DNA of 64,000 bases from the human T2T-CHM13v2.0 reference genome, Homo sapiens. Position 1 is the stretch's first letter. Every line of letters starts with the position of its first letter. This document shows positions 12,787 to 28,649 of this stretch, one piece after another. The translations under genes and the position numbers were made by a program. The stretch lies in assembly GCF_009914755.1 (NCBI RefSeq), contig NC_060939.1. One strand, given 5' to 3'. Below the pieces are notes generated by a model that was given only the letters and a program-made list of their open reading frames with translations, was not told where the DNA came from and made no database searches.

Positions 12787-13214
12787 AATATTAGCTTTGT
12801 TATCTCCTCAGCTGAGACCAGCCTTTTTTCTTCCTATTATTGCAAACTGGGACATGGGCAGGATTTTATTTTGCTATCTTTGGCAGGGGGGCCCACTTTT
12901 CATTGGAGTTAGAGCTAGATACAGATCTTGGCACTGCTTAGAAACTTGACACTTTCTGTACCACACCATTAAACATCTCCCTGCTGGCAATGTGTCTTAC
13001 TTATTATACTTTAGCTATTTCATGCTCACTATTGAGCAGGCTACAATAGAACTGTCGAGTAAACATGCTGATTCAATAATTTCGAAGTTTCACTAGCATT
13101 CAAATTCTTCGTAGACCGCAGACCAGGCAGAATGAACACAGTAAATATTTTACACAGACTAAATACCAAAGGATGTGAGTGGAGAGGAAAACTAAAGGAA
13201 GAAGACTATACCAT

Positions 13215-14180
13215 TTCATTCAAAACCAAGTCAACACTTTATTAAGTGTGCACCAAGTACAAAAGCACTGTTTGTCCTATGAGTCTTTTTTGATTAGAGG
13301 ATGCAGATGCCTAAGGCACTGTTTCCTTGTGCATGTTGTATTTAGCTATGAAGATAGTTAAAAGGATCAGACAGACAAGGGACCACAGGAACTGCAAAGA
13401 AAAAACAGGTGTCCCTGTGGCTAAAATGTGTCTTAATAATCTAGCGTTTAAGGGCCTACTTCTGGCATGAAGAAACACTTGGACATTGGAACTAGTGGGT
13501 CAAGTTTGGTAGATGTATAAGGCTCATGGGGATAATACTGGCACAAAAGGATTTTGAAGATAGGTGAGTGCCAGATTGGAAGGGCCTTAAACATCAGCTA
13601 AGAAACATGAGGGTTTTGCCTATATTTTCTAACCTGCTTTTGTAACTTCAAATACCTGCAGGATATTCTGGTTTACCATTATGCAGTAGTGCACTAGAGA
13701 GAGGATTAGAATTGTGAGAAGGCAGGGGAAGAGTAATACATACCTTCCTCTTCCCTTAGTTACTATTAAATTATCTGCCTATCCTGTCCTTCCTTGGGCA
13801 AAACATCAATTGTATGCAATTAGAAGTCAGCAAAGGCATTCAAGCCATGAGTTTAAAAATTAAACCTTTGTTGTGTGAAGATTGAGGTAGAAGGAATATA
13901 TGATACATCACGGAAAACTAGACAATTGGAAGACTTTTGGAATACTATTGACAAAAAAGGACATAGAAGCTACTCTGTCAGAATAAATAATGATGCTAGC
14001 TTTAAGCATGTTTTGCTTGGGAAAAATATGAAACGGATAGTTAAATGGAAGTGTTAGGTAGACTGTTAGTGAGGATCTAGGTCATGGGAGAAAGTTTAGG
14101 ATTGATATAGTGATTTGAGATTCAGATCTACAGAAGTGATAGCTAGATGAAAATGACAAAGAGAGCATAGAAGCCTAGAC
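13215..14180 (-). mobile_element. Fragmented L2 relics
   Basis: catttcattca...ttattaagtg...cacc 3' end and downstream purine-rich L2 pieces. Confidence 0.4.
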
Positions 14181-14896
14181 TGAATGATTAAGAAAGAAGG
14201 ATGTTATTACACCCTCCTAACAATGCATACTAGATTCATTTATATCAAGCAACAGAAAGCTATGACACATGCTTGTTTCATAGAAACTATGATAAGTTGT
14301 TGATCACTCCAGGATATCCTTTACTTACTTATGTTCTGAAAAAACTAAATTACAAAGATCCAGAGTCACTTAAACTCTTTTTTGATTTAGAAATAGAATT
14401 CATGATCTTCAAATCTGGTATAAGACTCTGATGTCTGGAATAAAGTTCTTGCTAAATAGCTGTTCAAAAGTATAGCTGTGGAAAAGCTTCCTAATTTCTC
14501 TAAAATGATTTTTATATGCATAAGTAAATAATTACAATTTTCAACTCATTCAGTTGCTATCAGTATTAAATGAATTGACATGTGAACATTTAACACAATT
14601 TATGACACATAGAAAGCAAATATTTTTTACATGTTGGTCATTAGTAATTGTTTCTGGTTTGTAAATATGTTCTAATATCTATATCTCTAATATATTTCTG
14701 ATAATTAGTTTAAATTTTTATGATAAAGCTATTTTAATGAGAATGTAAGTAATATACTCTTTCAAATGTGAAAAATCTTTAATTTGCACATTTCTTTTGA
14801 AGGTTGATATCTTAGCCTAAAAGGGGTTGGGAAAGCTGTTGTGAGTAACAGGACAACCTCATAATTAAACAAAAGAGCTCAGTTGATCTACAATGA

Positions 14897-15121
<225 letters not shown>

Positions 15122-15505
15122 TGAATAATAAACAGGGACATAAGGCCAATTTGGACACAGAGAGTGGAGATCTTGTGCTTTTATGTTAGTCATAAAGCCA
15201 TTTCTTTCTGCCAGGTACATGGACATCGTTTGACAGTGGTACAAGTCCGCTATTTGACAGTGGTAGGCCAATGATTTTGTCTAGTGAAATAGTAGCTGGC
15301 CAATTTAAATATTTATTAATTTAATTATATTTTAATATACTGAGAGCATTAATAACAACTGCCAGAATTTCTCTTATATTGGGAATAAATATCAATATTT
15401 ATTTCTATAAGTTCAGAGTTGTTCTTGTTTTGGTGTTTTTAGGTTTTGTTTTATATTAGATACAGTAAGCCTTTTGTCAGTTATCATTAAAATTTTGACT
15501 TTTTC

Positions 15506-15792
<287 letters not shown>

Positions 15793-16021
15793 TGGCTTTT
15801 TCCAAGCAATTACACAGTCTGTGTCACAGAGGGATTTGTGATTTTGCTGAAGCACAAATTTATGTTGGTCATCCAGCATTCTTATTTTTTGGCTGCTTTG
15901 CTCTCTAGTCATTAGGAAATTACATATGATAGAGTCATATTGTTGTTACTCATAAATTCATGTGCATGTGTGTACGTGGCTGATGTCTATTGTTTAGGAT
16001 TTGTTTTGCTTTTTCTTACAG

Positions 16022-16061
16022 CAGATGATCTATAACTGCAAAAGGGTTAAGGTGAACTCAG
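16022..16061 (+). other. Candidate 40-nt exon with GC donor
   Basis: Acceptor ttgttttgctttttcttacag|CAG (NAGNAG) and donor CAG|gcaagt, the consensus GC-AG donor. Confidence 0.35.
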
Positions 16062-16850
16062 GCAAGTGACTAGATATAATCCCCAGTAATTTGACTAAAA
16101 GGCAGGGACTGGTCCATTTCCTTGTCTGGTTCACTCTACTGCTGGTTACCTGTGATTGCAGAATTTAGAGACCTGATTCCTTTGGCTTGTGACACTATGC
16201 AATCATGGATAGACAGACCAGAAGGCATTCAAAGAGAATACCTGGGCAGCTCTTGCAATCAGACAGAGAACATATGAAATATTGTGGCCTCATACTAAAA
16301 GATTTCCTGGTAAGGAAATTTCAAAATCTCTCTCCCCATCAAATACAGTCTGATATTTTGTCACTTTCACTATCTGAATAAGATTCTTTCCATCAAAACC
16401 AGAGTCCTGCTTTTACATTAATTTAGCCTATTATGTCCTCTATCCATTGAGACCAGCTCCAGGAAATAGACAGTTCCTTGGCTATTAGTGAGAAAGATTT
16501 CCTGGAACTTTCTCCATCTCCTTCCATTGCATACAATACAAACTACTTTATACTTTAGTTAATATGACTTTTAGTTTCCATTTAATTCATTAATTCTCTA
16601 AGATCTTACAGAAATGTATTTTTTTAAAATCTCATGTTGGTTTAAAATAGTTCCCTGAATAATCCCTTGTTAAAACTCAACAAGATTAAGCATGAGGGTG
16701 AAATCAAGAGATAAACAGATATTGAATAATGCAACATCACTGAGTTTAATTTTGTTTTTTTAAACTATGTTCCCTGAATAGGTGAGACAAGGTAACTGTA
16801 GATAAAGTTGTGCCGCGTTTTAGGATTTTCTTTTCTTCTGTCTCACTCCT

Positions 16851-17307
16851 TGTGGTAGACAGCATAATGGCCCTGCAAAGATGTCCGCATCCTAATTCCT
16901 GGAACCTGTGAATATGTTACCTTACGTGGCAAAAGGCACTTTGCAGATATGATTGAATTCAGGATCTTGAGATAGATTACCCTGGATTATCTGAGTGGAC
17001 CCAATATAATTACAAAGGTCCTAATGACAGAGGTGTCAGTTTCAGAGAAGATGTGATGATGAATGGGAAGCAGAGACTGGAGTGATACACAAAGGGGCTA
17101 CTAGCCAAAGACTGCAGGTAGCCTCAACCTCTGGAGCAGGAAAAGACAAGGAAAAAAAATCTCCTACAAAGCTGCCAGATGGCGCAGAGCCTTGCAGAGA
17201 CCTTAATTATAGGATTTCTGGCCAGAATTGTAAGATGGTAAACTTCTTTTGTTATAAGCCATTAAATTTGTGATAATTTGTTACAGCAGCAATGGTAAAC
17301 TAATATA
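16851..17307 (+). mobile_element. MLT1D-like MaLR solo LTR
   Basis: tgtggtag...cctggaacctgtgaatatgttaccttac...tttgttacagcagcaat...aaactaata. Confidence 0.85.
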
Positions 17308-17759
17308 TTCTCCATCAATTTTTTAAATGTGTCTAAATCATTTTTAAACTTTACCACCAGAGTGCTTTGCATCTTTTGGAACACCCACTGTACTTCTTTT
17401 TCATTACCTTCTTCTACCTAGGATGTTTGTTTTATAACTAGAGCCTGTTGTGCAAATTCACTGCCATTACTTCCTGAGAATTGGGATTGCTTTTATCATC
17501 AATCTAACAGAAGTCATTTACCCAGTATCTGCTAGGTGCTTTATGCTGTGCTAGGTATTATTTTAATGTATCCTCTTCTCTAAGAGATCACCATCTTTTT
17601 TGTAATCATGAGTTGAAGAATAATTTTGGAGAGTGAAGTTACTTGGAATCAGAAGAAATAATTATAGTGTTTTCAATTAACTGATGTAGAAAAAAATTTC
17701 TAGCTGAAGAATTATAGTTCTCAGAATGTAAATCATAAGCCTGCCTGATTGTGAATTTA

Positions 17760-18000
17760 TGGGATGAATAAGACTAGAGAGGTAATATGCAGTATGAATA
17801 ATATGGCTGTAATAGCATTTGGTATGGTGGGAGTTTGCTAAGAGAGTGGATTGTAGATGCTCTTACAGAAAAAAAGGGTAACTCTGCAAAATGATGCTTG
17901 TGTTATTTTGCTTGACTATAGTAACCATTTCATTATGTGTAAGTATATTAAAACAGCTTGTTGTATACGTTAAATATGTTCAGTTAAAGAAAGGAAAAAG
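17760..18000 (+). mobile_element. L1MA8/9-like 3' end
   Basis: tttgctaagagagtggatt...gggtaact...ttgcttgactatagtaaccatttca. Confidence 0.7.
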
Positions 18001-18769
18001 GAGAGCTAGCTAGCTAAAGGTAATTACATGTAAATAGTTGGAATTTATGTGTCGTTTAATTTAAATTATGTATAATATATACACATGTAATTTAAATAAC
18101 CTAACTTGAATACACTTTAAAATATGTTTATGCTCCATCTTTTTAAAAAATTGTAGTAGCTATGTAGACATAAAATTTGGCTTAAATGTAATAAATTGTA
18201 TATAACGTTTTCCTAATTATACTGTATATCATTTGGTATACCAATGTAAACCAAGTTAAAAACACTGTCTTCATCTTAGACAGTGTGGCTTGGCCAAATA
18301 TTTGTGTGGATGCTATAAATAAGTAAAAAAATCTAAATAAATAAGTAAATAAAACATCAGTAGGACAGTGCTAAAATTAAAACAACAGAACATGAGCCTT
18401 ACATCTAGGTGAGAACAGGTATTGCAAGTGGTTACAGCATCTGCTCTGTCAGTTCAGCCGGGTTTCTAGAGCCATCAGCCTCTGGCAGGGTTGCTTTCAC
18501 TAAACAATTATGGAATGTAAATTTGCAGCTCAGTGTCAAATGTTCTGGATTGATGTAAACGATTTGGGTTTAATTTTTCTCAGAACCATCTGGTTGGCAC
18601 TGAAGGACTAGCAAAAAGGACAGTTCTATGGCTTCTAAACATTAAAAAATCACAGACAGCTCTAGTATTGGAATAATTTCATCATGATATTTTATAATTT
18701 GAAATTTTAGCTAATGAAGTAACAGTTGGTTTATCTATAGGTTTTGATATGTCTCATTATATTGTAAAA

Positions 18770-20340
18770 TAACTTTTATTAAAATATGCAAAATATAAAA
18801 ACAAAATCACTTGTAAAATCCTATATCCAGAGGTAAGTAGAGTGGACAGTTTGTGTATGTGTGTTATTTTAAAATCAATACTCATTTTAAAATTTCAAAG
18901 ACTCTTGAGAGTGAAGTAAGTTTAAAAAGTCACCTTCCCTTTGCTTCTAGTGTCCCCTTTCCCACTTCCAACAGTGAACCACTGTTTACAATTTTTTGAA
19001 TGCTCTCCCAGAAATACTTTAAAGAAATATCTGTGTGTTTGTGTGTGTATATATGTGATTTTCATAAATATGAAATCATGTTGAGTACAATATTTATAGC
19101 TCTATCTTCACCTAAAGATGTTAATAATAAATCATTACTATATGTATATATTTCAATAAATTCTGTAACAATATGGAAAAAATGAACTGTTATAAGCGCT
19201 ATGTGTCAGGTACTAGTATTTTTTATCCCATTATTTCATTGAATTCTCACAACTATATTAAGTGGTTCCCATTGCTGCAATTTACAGATGAGGAAATTGA
19301 GGGATAAAGATGAAGTCTAAGGCCACACAGTGAGTAAATGACAGAGCTAGGTTCTGATTCCAGCCCTGTGTTACTTCAGAACTTAGGTATTGTAGTTCTT
19401 ACATCAACAAATAAGTTATCATCTTTATATACTATAGTAAAACATTCAAATAGAATAATATAACATAATTTATTTAATCAGCATTTTGACATCAGGTTTT
19501 AGGTTACTTCATTTTTATTATTGTATGTAATGTGTTTTCAAAATTATTGCTCTGAATTATTTAAAGTATAATTACTGATTTAGTAAATTGTCCTCAACAT
19601 ACATTTTATTTTTAAAAATTTTGGTTCATTTTATAATTCTCTCTGCTTCCCTCTCTCTTTTTCTGTTTTCCTTTTTTTCTCCCTCCCTCCCTCTCTTTTT
19701 CTCCCTTTCTTGCCAATCTGAAAGGTCAAAATGCATCTCATTTTTAAAATTTGTATTATTTTTAACAGGTGAATTCAAAATGTTTTCTTATTTCTTGCCA
19801 TTTGCATTTGTTATTTTGTGATTGTTCGTCTATTGTTCTCATTACATTTATCTTCTGTGATAAATTATCTTTATTAAGGTTTGTAGGAGTTATTTATGTA
19901 TTAAGGGTATTTTTGGCTTATGTATCAAAGTCATCTTTCCAGTTTATCACATTTTGAATGTTATTATAGCATTATTGATCTTGAACAGATTTTTATTTTA
20001 CTAAATCTATCCATATTCTCTTGATTTCTGCCTTTAGATAATGCTTACAAAACTATTCCCAACAGAAAAATTATGAGAATATTTGCTTCCAGTCTTCTTA
20101 GAGCAAACATTCGTATATTTAGCCTGTATTAATTTATTTGAATGTATGATAGGAGACATGAAAAAATATTACTTATTCAATTATTTATTACCCAATCATA
20201 TCTTAAAAATATTATTTCTCCAAATTTTTAACATTTTTATTATTATGTACAAAATTATATATATTTGTAACCAAATTGTGTTTAGTTATTTCTGAACTAT
20301 TCATTTTCTGTAAATTTTCAGTCCAATTTTACAGCTTTTT
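18770..20340 (-). mobile_element. Very old L1M(E) fragments, with a MIR at about 19185-19390
   Basis: T-rich L1 3'/ORF2-like relics; MIR core tttacagatgaggaaattgagg. Confidence 0.45.
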
Positions 20341-20349
20341 AAAACAAGT

Positions 20350-22025
<1,676 letters not shown>

Positions 22026-23339
22026 GCTTTAAAATATACTTGACTATAAAGTCAGTTCCCATGTTGTCTTTAAAAAGTTGCTGGCTACTTTCGCTGGTTT
22101 ACATTGCTATTCTAAAAAAATATCACTTTGAGATTTGTTTGGACTTCGGTTTACTCAGATTAGTGTGACAATTTCATCGAGTTTCAACAGTTGAAATATA
22201 GTTATGCAATGTGTAATTTTATGTTTACATTCATTGTTAAATTTGTTGCTAGATATTAAATATTTCTGGTTCCTTGTAAGATTGGGATCTCGCTCATTTT
22301 TATTGTAATTGGTTCTTTCTAATACAGATGCTCTTTTAAGAGTTTTCAGCGTTCAACTTTTATATGCTACTAAGCAAAAGTGAATCATTCTGTTTATTAA
22401 TATTTAATAGAAAGGGTTTTTGGCCACGGTCATTTTATTCTTGGACAGCTCAGATATGTCTTGCTTCCTGTTCTTGATTATTTTTGAGGTAGTTTATGAA
22501 TAGTATAACACAACGCGTCTGTTAAATTCAACAGCGGTGTGAGGGTCAAAAAATTAAGAATTTTAAATAGAGTTCTAGGATTATATTGGAAATAAAAGTA
22601 GAAAAAATCAGCGAAAACTAAAAATAAAATACAATTATTACACATGCATATGATACATTTTTAACAAACTGAACATTAAAGAGGGCATAAATGAATCTTG
22701 CAACTCATAACAAGTGCTGTGTCTATGCAATTAGCAATAATCACCAAGAATCAATAAAAGTGATTAATAAAATGGAAAAATGCTAAGGGTGTGTCTGAAA
22801 ACATATTTCAATTTGATCACCTATCAACCTAATGTTAACTCAGTTGGACAAGTGTAATAGATTCCTGCTGATAAAGTTTTTGTCACATGTTGGATAGGCT
22901 AAATGGCAAGGAAACATTTTACAGGGAACTCAGTTATTGAAGAAGTAGAACCAGGCAGAGACCATCAAAGGAAGCAGGCATTTGCTTAAAAGTTTTTCAA
23001 ATTAGACGAAAATTTTCCCTTTTAAAAAGCCCAAAAGAATGTTGGAATTACTATAGCTGTTTAAACAGCTTTAATGGACCATTTCCCAAGCCTATTTGAT
23101 AGAAATGCATCTGATGGCTATACGTTTACATTTCTCTTAGTCATTTTGAATTTTTGCATTTATGAAATTATGAACACCTTTCCAGAATCCAACCTCTTCC
23201 TAAATATCGGATTTTCTCCATGTAGAGAGACTATTTTCTTTTCTTTTTAGTATTTTGCCCATTACTAACCATCTACTAAGCTCTCTTGTCAATTCCTACA
23301 GTAATTAATTGCCTACTCGAGTTTCCAGGAGGCGTTCTT

Positions 23340-23930
23340 TGTAAATAATGGCACCTTATGACACTTCTTAGAATTGAAATTCAATGTATTTAACATGACC
23401 CAGAAGGCCTGGGCTGCCTCTCCAGCCTCATTTCATGCCTCTCTTTCCTTCCTTTGCTGCACTGCCCACCATTCTGACCTGTTTTCTTTCCTTGAATATG
23501 AGGATTGCCCTTTCCAGCCCTAGGGCTTTAAGCTTTCTGTTCTTGCTGTTTGGAGAGCCCTTTGGGACACATCACCTCTCCTCAACAACTCCTGTCCGTA
23601 CTTTACATCTCTGCTAAGGGGACCTTCTTCCAAGAAACTTTCCCTGGCTCTATAGTTTATATTAGTTCCCCCACCACCCACCTGTTCTGTCTCAGAGCAG
23701 CTGGTTCTTTTTCTTCAGGGAACATTTCGCAGTTTATGAATCTATCTTTTATGTGATAATGCATTTGATATCTATCTCCTCTCCCACAAGGTTGTAAGCT
23801 TCATATCAGCAAGGACAATATCCTTTTTCTTTTTTTTTTTTTTTTAACATCGCTATATTCTTAAACCTATCATGTACAGGGTATATAAGAGAAAGAGAAA
23901 TTTCATAAATATTATTTAAACATTGAATGC
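23340..23930 (+). mobile_element. L2 3' region
   Basis: ctctccagcctcatt...ttgtaagcttc...taaatatt...tgaatg 3' end pattern. Confidence 0.65.
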
Positions 23931-25061
23931 TATCAAAATGGGTTCCTGTTTCTTGCAGATAAGACCTTACTCTCACATATTTGTTTAGAAGAAAAAAAGA
24001 AAAGCTTGTCTCTATTGTGATACTTACGTCTGATAGTGACTTTATAGATTTCCATTTGAGAAGCATTTGTATATGAGAAATATACAACGTGTTAATAAAA
24101 TAGAGATTCTAATGATGAAATTCTCAAAAATAAAACTACAGGGCAGTAAGGGGAAAAAGATGAAAAAAACAGAATCATTTAGCGTATAGCACACAGGTGA
24201 TTATCAACTCCTAGCTCCACATTTGGGAAGACAAGATCTAATACATAAAAATATGAAGGGAGTATAAATATATAAAAAGAGATGATCTATATATTCTGGG
24301 GAATTTCAAACAACGTCATTATCATTACGTGTGGTACTGAGAGACTGTCAAGTTTTCCCTTTTTAAAATTAAAAACATTAGTAAGTGTTTTTTTATTTCC
24401 TTTTTTTTCCTTAAAATATCTTATTTTTCTGAGGAAGAGACAGCCATTTCATTTGAACAGGTTAAAGGATTTTATCTGTTATACTATACATCCTGTACTT
24501 TAAGCTATTTGAATGTTAGATTAGAGATGGCGCTCAGAAGGTACGATACTCTGCTAGAGAGAACGTGGCAATGAAGGTGCCACAGGTGATTCCTTTTTGT
24601 AAGTATGTTTTGGCTGTAAAGACCCAGAAATCCTCATTCTTTCGCAGATACCTAAAAAGTAAACTGGCCTAGCTATATTTTTTAAAAGTCTGAAGAATGT
24701 CTGCCTAAAGGTATAAGCCATTGTTTCTGTGAGAGTCTGCGCAAGACTCAGATGGCATCCCTAAAATGGAATTGAGGGGGTTTGTTTACAAAAGGACTAT
24801 TCACAAAGTCCACGTGTACAAAAATCACAAGGATGGGCATATACATTATATGCAGTAAAACAAGCCCTTTTTAGTGTGCCAATTAATGAGTTTTGTCAAA
24901 TGTACACATGCTTATATAACCAGCTGCCCAATAGAAATTCAGAACATTTCCATTATTGCTAAACATTCCCTTATGTCTCTCTATAATCAATCCCAAACCC
25001 TAGGTTGCGAGCACTCACTGATCAACTTGCAATTACTATAGATTAGTTTTGTCTGTTCTTG

Positions 25062-26244
25062 GCAACCAATGCAAAAATGGACAAACAGGATCAGATCAAC
25101 TTAAAAAGCTTCTGCATACCAAAGGAAACAATCAGCAAAGTGAAGAGACAATCCACAGAATGGGAGAAAATATTTGCAAACTACCCATCTGACAAGGGAT
25201 TAATAGCCAGAATATACAAGGGACTCAAACAACACTATAGGAAACAATCTAATAATCCGATTAAAAAAATGGGAAAAATATCTGAATAGACATCTCTTAA
25301 AAGAAGACAAACAAATGGCAAACAGGTATATGAAAAAGTGCTCAATGTCATTGATCACCAGGGAAATGCAAATCAAAACTACAATGTAATATCATCGCAC
25401 CCCAGTTAAAAGGACTTTTAACCAAAAGACAGACAATAACAAATGCTGGTGAGAATGTGGAAAAAAGGGAATCCTCGTATACTGTTGGTGGGATTGTAAA
25501 TTAGTACAACCACTTTGGAGAACAGTATGGAGGTTCCTCAAAAATCTAGAAATAGAGCCACCGTATGATCCAGCAATCCCACTGCTAGGTATATACCCAA
25601 AAGAAAGAAAATTGGTATTTCAAAGAGATATCTGTATTCCCATGTTTATTGCGGTATTATTCACCATAGCTAAGATTTGGAAGCAACCTAAGTGTCCCAT
25701 CAACATTTGAATGGATAAAGAAAATGTGGTATGTATACATAGTGGAGTATTATTGAGCCATGAAAAAGAATGAGATCCTGTCATTTGCAGTTACCATGGA
25801 TGCCAGTGGAGGTCGTTATGGTAAATGAAATAAACCAGGCACAGAAAGACTAAGTTTACATGTTCTCACTTATTTGTGGGAGCTAAAAATTAAAACAATT
25901 GTACTCATGGAGATAAGAGTAGAATGATGGTTACCAGAGGCTGGGAAGGGTAGTGGTGGGGGAGTGGGAATGGTTAATGAATACAAAAATAGAGTTAGAT
26001 AGAAGGAATAAGATGTAGTATTTGACAGCACAATGAGGTGACTGCAGTCAATAATGTATTATACATTTTAAAATAATTAAAAGAGTATAATTGGATTGTT
26101 TGTAACACAAAGAAAGCATACATTCTTCAGGTGAAGGATACCCCATTGACTCTTATGTGATTATTATGTATTGCATGCCTGTGTTAAAATATACCATGTA
26201 CCCCATAAATATACACACCTACTAGGTACACACAATTTTTTAAA
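25062..26244 (+). mobile_element. L1MA2/3-like 5'-truncated LINE
   Basis: ORF2 C-terminus ([15 protein letters not shown]) to 3' UTR ataccccat...gtaccccataaatata; TSD ttg(t/c)ctgttcttg at 25049-25061 and 26245-26257. Confidence 0.85.
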
Positions 26245-26529
26245 TTGCCTGTTCTTGAATTTTATATGAATGAGGTAATACAGTAAGGATTCTTTGGCTC
26301 TAGCTCCTTTAGCTCAGCATAACGTGGTTGAATGTATTAGTAATTTGTGCCTTTTTCTTGATGAGTAGTATACCGTTGTATAAATTATACCACAGGTTAT
26401 CAGTCCTCTGCTGAAATATACCTGGAATGTTTCCATATTATTTTTCATAAAGCTTCTATAAATATTTTTATATGATGCTTAATTTATGATGAAGTCAAAT
26501 ATATATATTAATTTATGACAAAGTCAAAT

Positions 26530-26543
26530 ACACACACACACAG

Positions 26544-26576
<33 letters not shown>
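26530..26576. repeat. (CA)n/(TA)n microsatellite
   Basis: Seen directly. Confidence 0.9.
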
Positions 26577-26578
<2 letters not shown>

Positions 26579-28613
26579 TTACTCTATAGGTCATTTTGGG
26601 TCTTGTCTAAGAAGTATATCCCTACCCCATGGTTGTGAAGGTTTTATTCTATGGTGAGCTTTAGAATCTTTATAATTTCAGCTTTTATATTGAGACTTGT
26701 GATCCATTATAGTTAATTTTTGTGTACATCGTAAAGGTAGGAAATAAGATTTACTTTTGCTTATATGAACATACAGCTGTTCCAGAATCATTGGTTGAAA
26801 TACTAGCATCTCCCTCATGAAATTATCTTGGCACTTCTGTTGAGAATGAGCTGACCTAATATGGATGAGCCAATTTCTGAACTCTCTATCCTGTTCACTA
26901 ATCTTTGTGATGATGCTGATATCACATAATCATAACTTCTATAACTTGATAATAAGCCTTGAAAATCAGAGTGTATTTCTCCAATTTTGTTATCTTTTTA
27001 CAAGGTTATATTGTAGCCATTCCAAATACCTTGAAGTCCCATATAAATTTTTACAAGGTCTACTAAAAACAACCTGCTGGGATTATGATTGACAATGCAT
27101 TAAACCTGTTGATTAATTGAGGGTTACATTGTCACCTTAAAAATACTGAGTGTTCTAATCAAAGAACATGTAATGTGTCTCCATTTATTTAGGTTTTCTT
27201 CAATTTCTCTCTGTGCTTTTTTTGCGTGATTTACATTGTACAGTTACTGCACGTTTATTAAATTTATCTCAAAGTATTTTATAGTTTTGGATGCTGTTAA
27301 AATTTATATCTTTAAAATTTCATTTTTCAGTTTTTTTGTTTCTCATAAGGAGAGATTAAATTTATTTTGTAATATTGATCTTGTATTCTGCAACTTTGCC
27401 AGATCACTAATTTTCATAACATTGTTGCAGATTGCTTAGGAGTTTCTATGTATATGCCCTTGTTATCCACAAATACAGTTTCATTACTTCCTTTCCAAAG
27501 TGTATGGGTTTTACTGTTTCTTTTCTTGCCTTAATGAACTGACTAGGCTCTCCAGTAAAGTGATAAATAGAAGTGATGACAATGGACATCCTTGCTTTGT
27601 TCTTAATTTTAAGCAGAAGCATTCAGGCTTTTAGCATTCGTGAACTATGTTAGCAGTAGGTGTCTCAGAGTTGCCCTTTATTAAGTTCAGTTCTCTACCT
27701 AACAGTTTTTTTTAATCATAAATGTGTGTTGAATTTGTCAAATGCCATTTATATATCCATTGAGATTATCAGGTGGGTTTCCCCTTTGTTTATATAGGGA
27801 ATTAAATTGATTGGTTATCCAATTGTTGCATCAATATTGTATTCTTATGATAAACTTCAATAGGTCATGATATATTTCCCTTTTTATCTGTTTGAATTTG
27901 CTAAATGCAACTTGTTAATATTCTGTGAAGGATATTTTTGTTTTTATGCTCATGAGGGCAATTGGTCGCTAGTTCTCTTTTCTATTAGTATCTTTGTTTG
28001 GGTTTAGTATAAAGGTCCTGCTGTCCTCATTAAATAAATAAAGAGGTATTCTTTCTTCCTCTATTTTTCTGAAACATTGTTTTCTCCTTAAGTGAGATTA
28101 TTTTCTTGTTAAGTGATTGCAAAACAAAAATAGTTTTCTTTTATACAAATTACATCTTCTTCAGGAATATGGGTTTTCTTCCAGTAGTGAGCTGGCTTAT
28201 TTGCGTGATCAACTTTCATTTATTTGTGGAGAGATTTTTCATAGCAAATCTTGTTTTTAATTTTTAATGATAATTGTGCTGTTTTAACTCCTATTCATAA
28301 AATTTGGCAAATGGTTTAGTTTAGGTATGATTTAATCACTGTATTCTCAACTATAACTTAATGTAGCATCAAGAAATTAAAAACAAGTTGATTAAAACCA
28401 GCTTACCCTTAGAACATACCAAGTTCTTTGAACAGTATAATTAAATATGATTCTATCTTAATCATAAATTGTTAAACAAGCAAAGCAAAACGAAGCCTGG
28501 ACCATATAATAACTCCAACAGCCCCATCCCCACACACTTCAGAATCAGTTATTTCCTCTAAAGTAACAGCATTTTATAATAATCATTTCAAAAGCCCTCG
28601 TTTCCTTTTCCAG

Positions 28614-28649
28614 CTGTGAACAATTTGGGTCATGTACTGATTAAAGCAG
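28614..28649 (+). other. Candidate 36-nt symmetric micro-exon
   Basis: Acceptor ccctcgtttccttttccag|C and donor CAG|gtaaga; open in phase 1 (AVNNLGHVLIKA). Confidence 0.35.

Larger units (their letters stand above)
24840..28100 (-). mobile_element. Old L1M 3' end and ORF2 relic, split by an L1MA insertion
   Basis: cagaacatttccatt...tagattagttttg|...|cctgttcttgaattttatatgaatg continuity across the insert; ORF2-like aatggacatccttgc. Confidence 0.7.

Noticed and set aside
17171-17187. CTCF-like motif gctgccagatggcgcag in MLT1D
   Set aside because: Mismatch at a highly conserved C; a single motif without other support
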